Of a stretch of DNA of 64,000 nt, positions 59,780 through 64,000 are shown piece by piece (within the stretch, counting starts at the first letter, position 1; each line of letters starts with the position of its first letter). The translations under genes were made by a program, and so were the position numbers. The notes below the pieces were generated by a model. The model worked only from the letters and a program-made list of their open reading frames with translations, ran no database searches and had not been told where the DNA came from. The stretch comes from Vicugna vicugna (Eukaryota), in assembly GCA_013265495.1 (NCBI GenBank), contig MU057887.1:3383576-3447575 (forward strand), in the 5' to 3' direction.

Positions 59780-62310
59780 CTTTAATTTTTTCTTTTTAAT
59801 TTAACAAAAACCTCCATGGAACATTTGCAACTCCGAAGGAAGCAGTTAGCAGAAGCACGCGACATCAGGACAACACAGACAAAGCACAGAAGATAAACCT
59901 GGGGCTGGAATTTTCAGAAAACAAACATGAAGTCCTTCATAAGTGAAAACTAAACTGCAGTGGTCGCCTGGGAAAACGGACGTCCCAGGGCCCGGAAGAA
60001 GAGCTGAGCGCCTGGGGCCCGCCCTCCTGCTCGAAGGGGACCAAGGCAGGCGGAGCCCCAGGGACCAGGGAAAACCGGAACATTCGAACTGGGGGAAAAG
60101 TTAAACCTCAATTCAATACATTACTTTTGTTTAAGGGATAATGGATAAATTTACAAATATAATTCCAGCAAAAGGAGAAGTGAAGCTGAATGAGAAAGGA
60201 CACACCGCACTTCAGGGGAATTACGCCAAATGCTCAGCACGGGGCCGGCAGGTGACATCCTTGGGCTTGGAGTGTAAGGCAGTCACCCTTTGGACACCAG
60301 AGGGAAGGTTCGGCCACTTCAGAGCAAAGGACACAGGGTGAGCTCCCCTCCAAAGCCTCAGGTCGGTGGAGGATCCCTTCCTGATGAGGAGAGACAGGCT
60401 GACCCGGGAGTCCAGTGTCTGGTCCTGCGTGCCTTTAGGACTGAGAAGGGCCGGCAGCTCTGACTCTGCAGACACTGGGGATCAGCGTGTGCCTGTGGGA
60501 GCCACCAGGTGAGTGCCCCGATGTCCAATGTCTGCCAAGGGACACCGAGGAGGCGTCGCCGAGCTCCAAGATCAAAGCACAAATCCGGGTTTGCAGCGCC
60601 AGGACACACAGGAACACCTGCTGATCCGGACAGTGTGCAAACGGCAGATTAGCAAGAAAAGGAGGGAGAGAAGGTGGCCCCTGAAATAAACGCAGCTCCC
60701 TCTAACATCAGGAAGTCAGTACCGACCATTCATTACTGACAAATCAGGTAAAGCAAGTCTGTGCACATCGAGATGCTAAAGGTTAAAAGGATAAAGGATG
60801 AAAAGTACCCACAGGGGACAAGGCTGGGGGCGGGGGGTTTTTGCAGGCTCCAGGCTGCCTGGCCGGGCTCAGAGCAGACAGACAGAGGGCGTCTGAAGGA
60901 GGGAGGGGCTGTGGGCTATCGGCCTCGAGCAGAAAGGGCCTGTCCTCGGGTCAGAAGAAGGACAGTTAGAAGCAGCGTCCTGCACAGAGGGAGGCTCTGC
61001 ACGGATGTCATGTGGAGGGTGGGACCGGGCTGGGTCCAGCTTTTCCCCTGGAAATAAACACAGACAGCTGAGTCACCTGCTCACAGCCCACCTGGAGCTG
61101 AGTCACCTGCTCACAGCCCACCTGGAGCTGAGTCACCTGCTCACAGCCCACACAGGAGGGGGTGGGTCGCAGAAACCTGGAAACAGAATGACTGGGGTGG
61201 ATCACCTGCTCACAGCCCACCTGCCGCTGAGTCACCTGCTCACAGCCCACCTGGTGCTGAGTCACCTGCTCACAGCCCACACAGGAGGGGGTGGGTCGCA
61301 GAAACCTGGAAACAGAATGACTGGGGTGGCTCCGCCCCCTCCAGGCATCAGCTCAGTTACGGAAAATGGGCAGAGGAAGGTCAGTCAGTGCAGCGATGCT
61401 GGACGTGCCTGGTGAGTCTGCGTGTGCGTAGTGGCCTCTGGTACCAGTAAATAGAACGAGGAACTGAGGAAAACGTGGAAAACACAAAAGCTTTTCCACC
61501 TGGACGTTTTAAAGGTGCTTTTTAAAAAATGTGAGTTAAAGTGAAATTCAAACCAAAATTACGGAACATCAAGCAAGACCCAGTAATGATGGAAACATGA
61601 CAGTTGGAATCTCGGGGGGTTAAAGCCATACTCGGAGGAACTCCCATACCCACGAGTTCTTACGGCAAAAAAACAGAGGGAAAAAGGAAGAAGAGATTAG
61701 TTAAGCATCTGACGCGGAAAGTTCTAGAAAGAACAGCGCACATCTGAGGAAAGCGCAAAGAAAGGCCTGTGGAAAGACAAGCAGGTCTAGTGCGGCAGTC
61801 CTGGCAGCCTCGTACCTGGGTTTTAAAACTGAATCTTTGGAAACATCAGCAGAAGAGACACAATGTCAACCATTTTGATCAAGAAACAAGAGGGGACCCA
61901 GGCCCACGAACAGCAGTTGGCAGAGGAGCGACCTCAGCACGGGAGACGAACGAGGTCGTCAGGGGCCGCCCGCACGGCTGCCTGTAAACGTGCGGGAAAC
62001 TCAGTCCAAATGGGTGATTTTCTAGGAAAACGTCAGCTACCAAAACCATGCCAGGAGCTGTCCGCGGAAGAAACAGGAAAAGTACAAAGGCCCCTGAAAC
62101 CGGGCATCCCGACGGGCTCCCAGGGGGACGGCGCTCGAAGGCCAGCGGGGCTTCTGCAGACGCCAAGGGAGAGGGAAAACTGCCCTCCTGGCAGGGCGAG
62201 CGTCGCCTGGCACGACGCAGGGAACCGCCCTGACACGTGTCGGGGCAAACACCGTCAAAAAGAGCGCACAGAGGACGCGGCAGCACGGGGCCGGCCGGCC
62301 TGGCTCGGTG
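59780..62310 (+). mobile_element. Highly decayed ancient L1 (L1ME-like) ORF1/ORF2 relic, interrupted
   Basis: A-rich plus-strand patches; aaactcagtccaaatgggtgattttctaggaaaacgtcagctaccaaaacc resembles aacttagatgaaatggacaaattcctagaaaaatacaacttaccaaaac; boundaries uncertain. Confidence 0.55.
61066..61329. repeat. Nested tandem repeat: 30-bp unit (GCTGAGTCACCTGCTCACAGCCCACCTGGA) inside a 129-bp higher-order duplication
   Basis: Six copies of the unit core; the ~49-bp tail acaggagggggtgggtcgcagaaacctggaaacagaatgactggggtgg occurs twice, 129 bp apart. Confidence 0.97.
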
Positions 62311-62319
62311 CAGGAAACG

Positions 62320-63062
62320 TCCCGACAAAGTCCATCAGGCCGGGGCTCAACATCGCTAAGCCTTCGGGGAAACGCAAATCAAAACCACGAGGTACCAGCT
62401 CACACCCGTCAGAAGGGCGTCGTCAAAAAGACCACAGACAGAAAGCGCTGGAGAGGGTGTGGAGGAAAGCCAGCCCGCGTACACCGCAGGCGGGGATGCA
62501 GACTGGGGCAGCCGGGGGACGCAGCGTGGAGGTGCCCTAAAAACGGAAAACAGAGCTACCATGTGACGCAGCAGCCCCCCTCCTGGGCACACGTGCAGAG
62601 AAACCACCATTTAAAAAGACGCCTGCCGCCCAGCGTTCACAGCAGCACTCATTACGGCTGTCAAGACATGGAAGCAGCCTAAGACCCCATCGGGAGACGT
62701 GGATAAAGACGGGGGGGTACACACGCGGTGGAATACTACTCAGCCATGAAAAAGAACGGACTTTTGCCATTTGCAGTAACAGGGATGGACTTGGAGGGTG
62801 TCATGCTAAGCGAAATGAGTCAGAGAGAAAGACAAATACTGAACGTATCACTTACACCTGGAACCTGAAAAAACACAACAAGCTGGTGAATATAACAAAA
62901 AGGAAGCAAACACAAGTACAGAGAACAAACCAGTGGGGACCGTGGGGAGGGGCATGTGGGGGGGCGGAGGCACAAGCTATTGGGTGTACAACACGGGAAA
63001 TACAGCCGATATTTTGGACTAACTGGAAATGGAGTGAAATCTTTAAAACCGTATTTCAAAAA
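62320..63062 (+). mobile_element. L1 3' part (L1_Art-like) nested in the older L1
   Basis: cgcaaatcaaaaccacgaggtaccagctcacacccgtcagaa...tggaatactactcagccatgaaaaagaac...gatggacttggagggt...ggtgaatataacaaaaaggaagca...aaatggagtgaaatctttaaaa. Confidence 0.92.
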
Positions 63063-63289
63063 TTTTACTGTTTTAATTCTTCGGTTCGGTAGGTATAAGG
63101 AGAAAACATCAGGTCACCATCTCTGTGCACGTTCCTGACTCAGACCCGTGCCCTCCCGGCTGTGGGCGGGCAGGTGGGCGCCGCCTGCCGGGATTCGCCC
63201 CAGGCCCTGCAGTCAGGACCGCGTGCCGCTGTCTCACCACAAGTCAGCGCCTCCGCGCTGGAGGCCAGACCCTATCCAGCCGTCCGAGG

Positions 63290-64000
63290 GGAAGAACCAG
63301 AGGACAAGGACTGGGACGAAGGAGGTAAATTATGACCAGGTGCGATGTATGCTGGTGTCACTGTGTTCCTGGAAAACCCACGAGCACCCAGAGAGCAAAT
63401 CCACCACAAAGAAGATAACCAAGTGTGGGGCGGGATGTAAAACTGCGGCATGAGAGTACAAGTCGCAGGTTAGGAGGCGCGTGGGAGACAGCCACCCGCT
63501 TTGCAGCAGGTACAGAAGGGTAGGCCGCCCCAGAACTAAGGAGACGGAGAGGGGCATGCGGACCCCGCGGGGGAGCTCCATGCAGCCCTCCTGAGGGACG
63601 TGCAGCCACGCGCAAACGCGGAAAGACCACGTCCGGCCCTGGACTCTGGGCAGAGCTCCAGACGTGGGCCTGGGGCCTGAGCCGAGTCTGCGGAAGCTCA
63701 GAGCCCGGCTCCGCCCGCCCGGGGAGCCCGCGGCCGGCATGGAAGTGATGCTCGCCCGCGGGCGGAGGAAGGGCAGAGGGCGGGGCCCGCCGGCTCGCAC
63801 CCGCGGCCCTGCGCGGGGCCACGCCAGGTTCCAAAGAGGCTCTAGACACGCCACGCGCTTGAGGCCCCTCTTCTCGGGGTGTTTATGAAGCCTAAACAAA
63901 CAGCCAGATAATGAGAAGAAACGTATTCTCTGTACGGGGGCTCTTTGTCTTCCACATGCTGCCAACATCTGTTTCGTATTTATTCAACCTCCAATAAAAC
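63290..64000 (+). mobile_element. Probable continuation of the ancient L1 ORF2 (RT region), with a CpG-rich middle
   Basis: ggactgggacgaaggaggtaaatta...tgttcctggaaaaccca resembles aattggaaaggaagaagtaaaac...tacctagaaaaccc; gaagcctaaacaaa...ctccaataaaac resembles gaagacctaaataaa...atcccaatcaaaat. Confidence 0.5.

Noticed and set aside
61066..61329. CRISPR-like array of 30-bp repeats
   Set aside because: Units are head-to-tail with no unique spacers, the one intervening segment is itself duplicated, there are no cas genes, and the context is mammalian.
63993..63998. AATAAA as a gene polyadenylation signal
   Set aside because: It lies in probable L1-derived sequence at the window edge with no upstream exon evidence.

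Overview
This is non-coding, very GC/CpG-rich mammalian genomic DNA, probably subtelomeric and probably from a camelid (Camelus/Vicugna/Lama), judged from a tRNA-Ala-derived Vic-1-like SINE at ~49215-49335 and an artiodactyl-type L1 3' end. I found no recognisable protein-coding gene, functional RNA gene or CRISPR array. The many ORFs are by-products of high GC content or simple repeats; the only recognisable peptide is an L1 ORF2 C-terminal fragment (27890-28150). The window holds decayed transposons (L1 relics, MLT1/MaLR, ERV1 and ERVL LTRs, MER20, MIR, L2), micro- and minisatellites, and a 470-nt assembly gap inside a G-rich VNTR. It also holds about ten short AT-rich, TAAT-dense, non-repeat islands that look like conserved developmental enhancers in a gene desert or very large intron. 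The most notable observations are: (1) strong, patchy AT-to-GC erosion of transposon relics, consistent with GC-biased gene conversion; (2) a nested tandem array that multiplies an AP-1/ARE plus E-box motif (61066-61329); (3) a CpG island + TATA + homeodomain-site block (21510-22170); (4) a SINE/L1 composite with a duplicated SINE tail. Repeat family names come from remembered consensus sequences, not a database search, and boundaries are approximate. I see no support for a novel protein-coding system.
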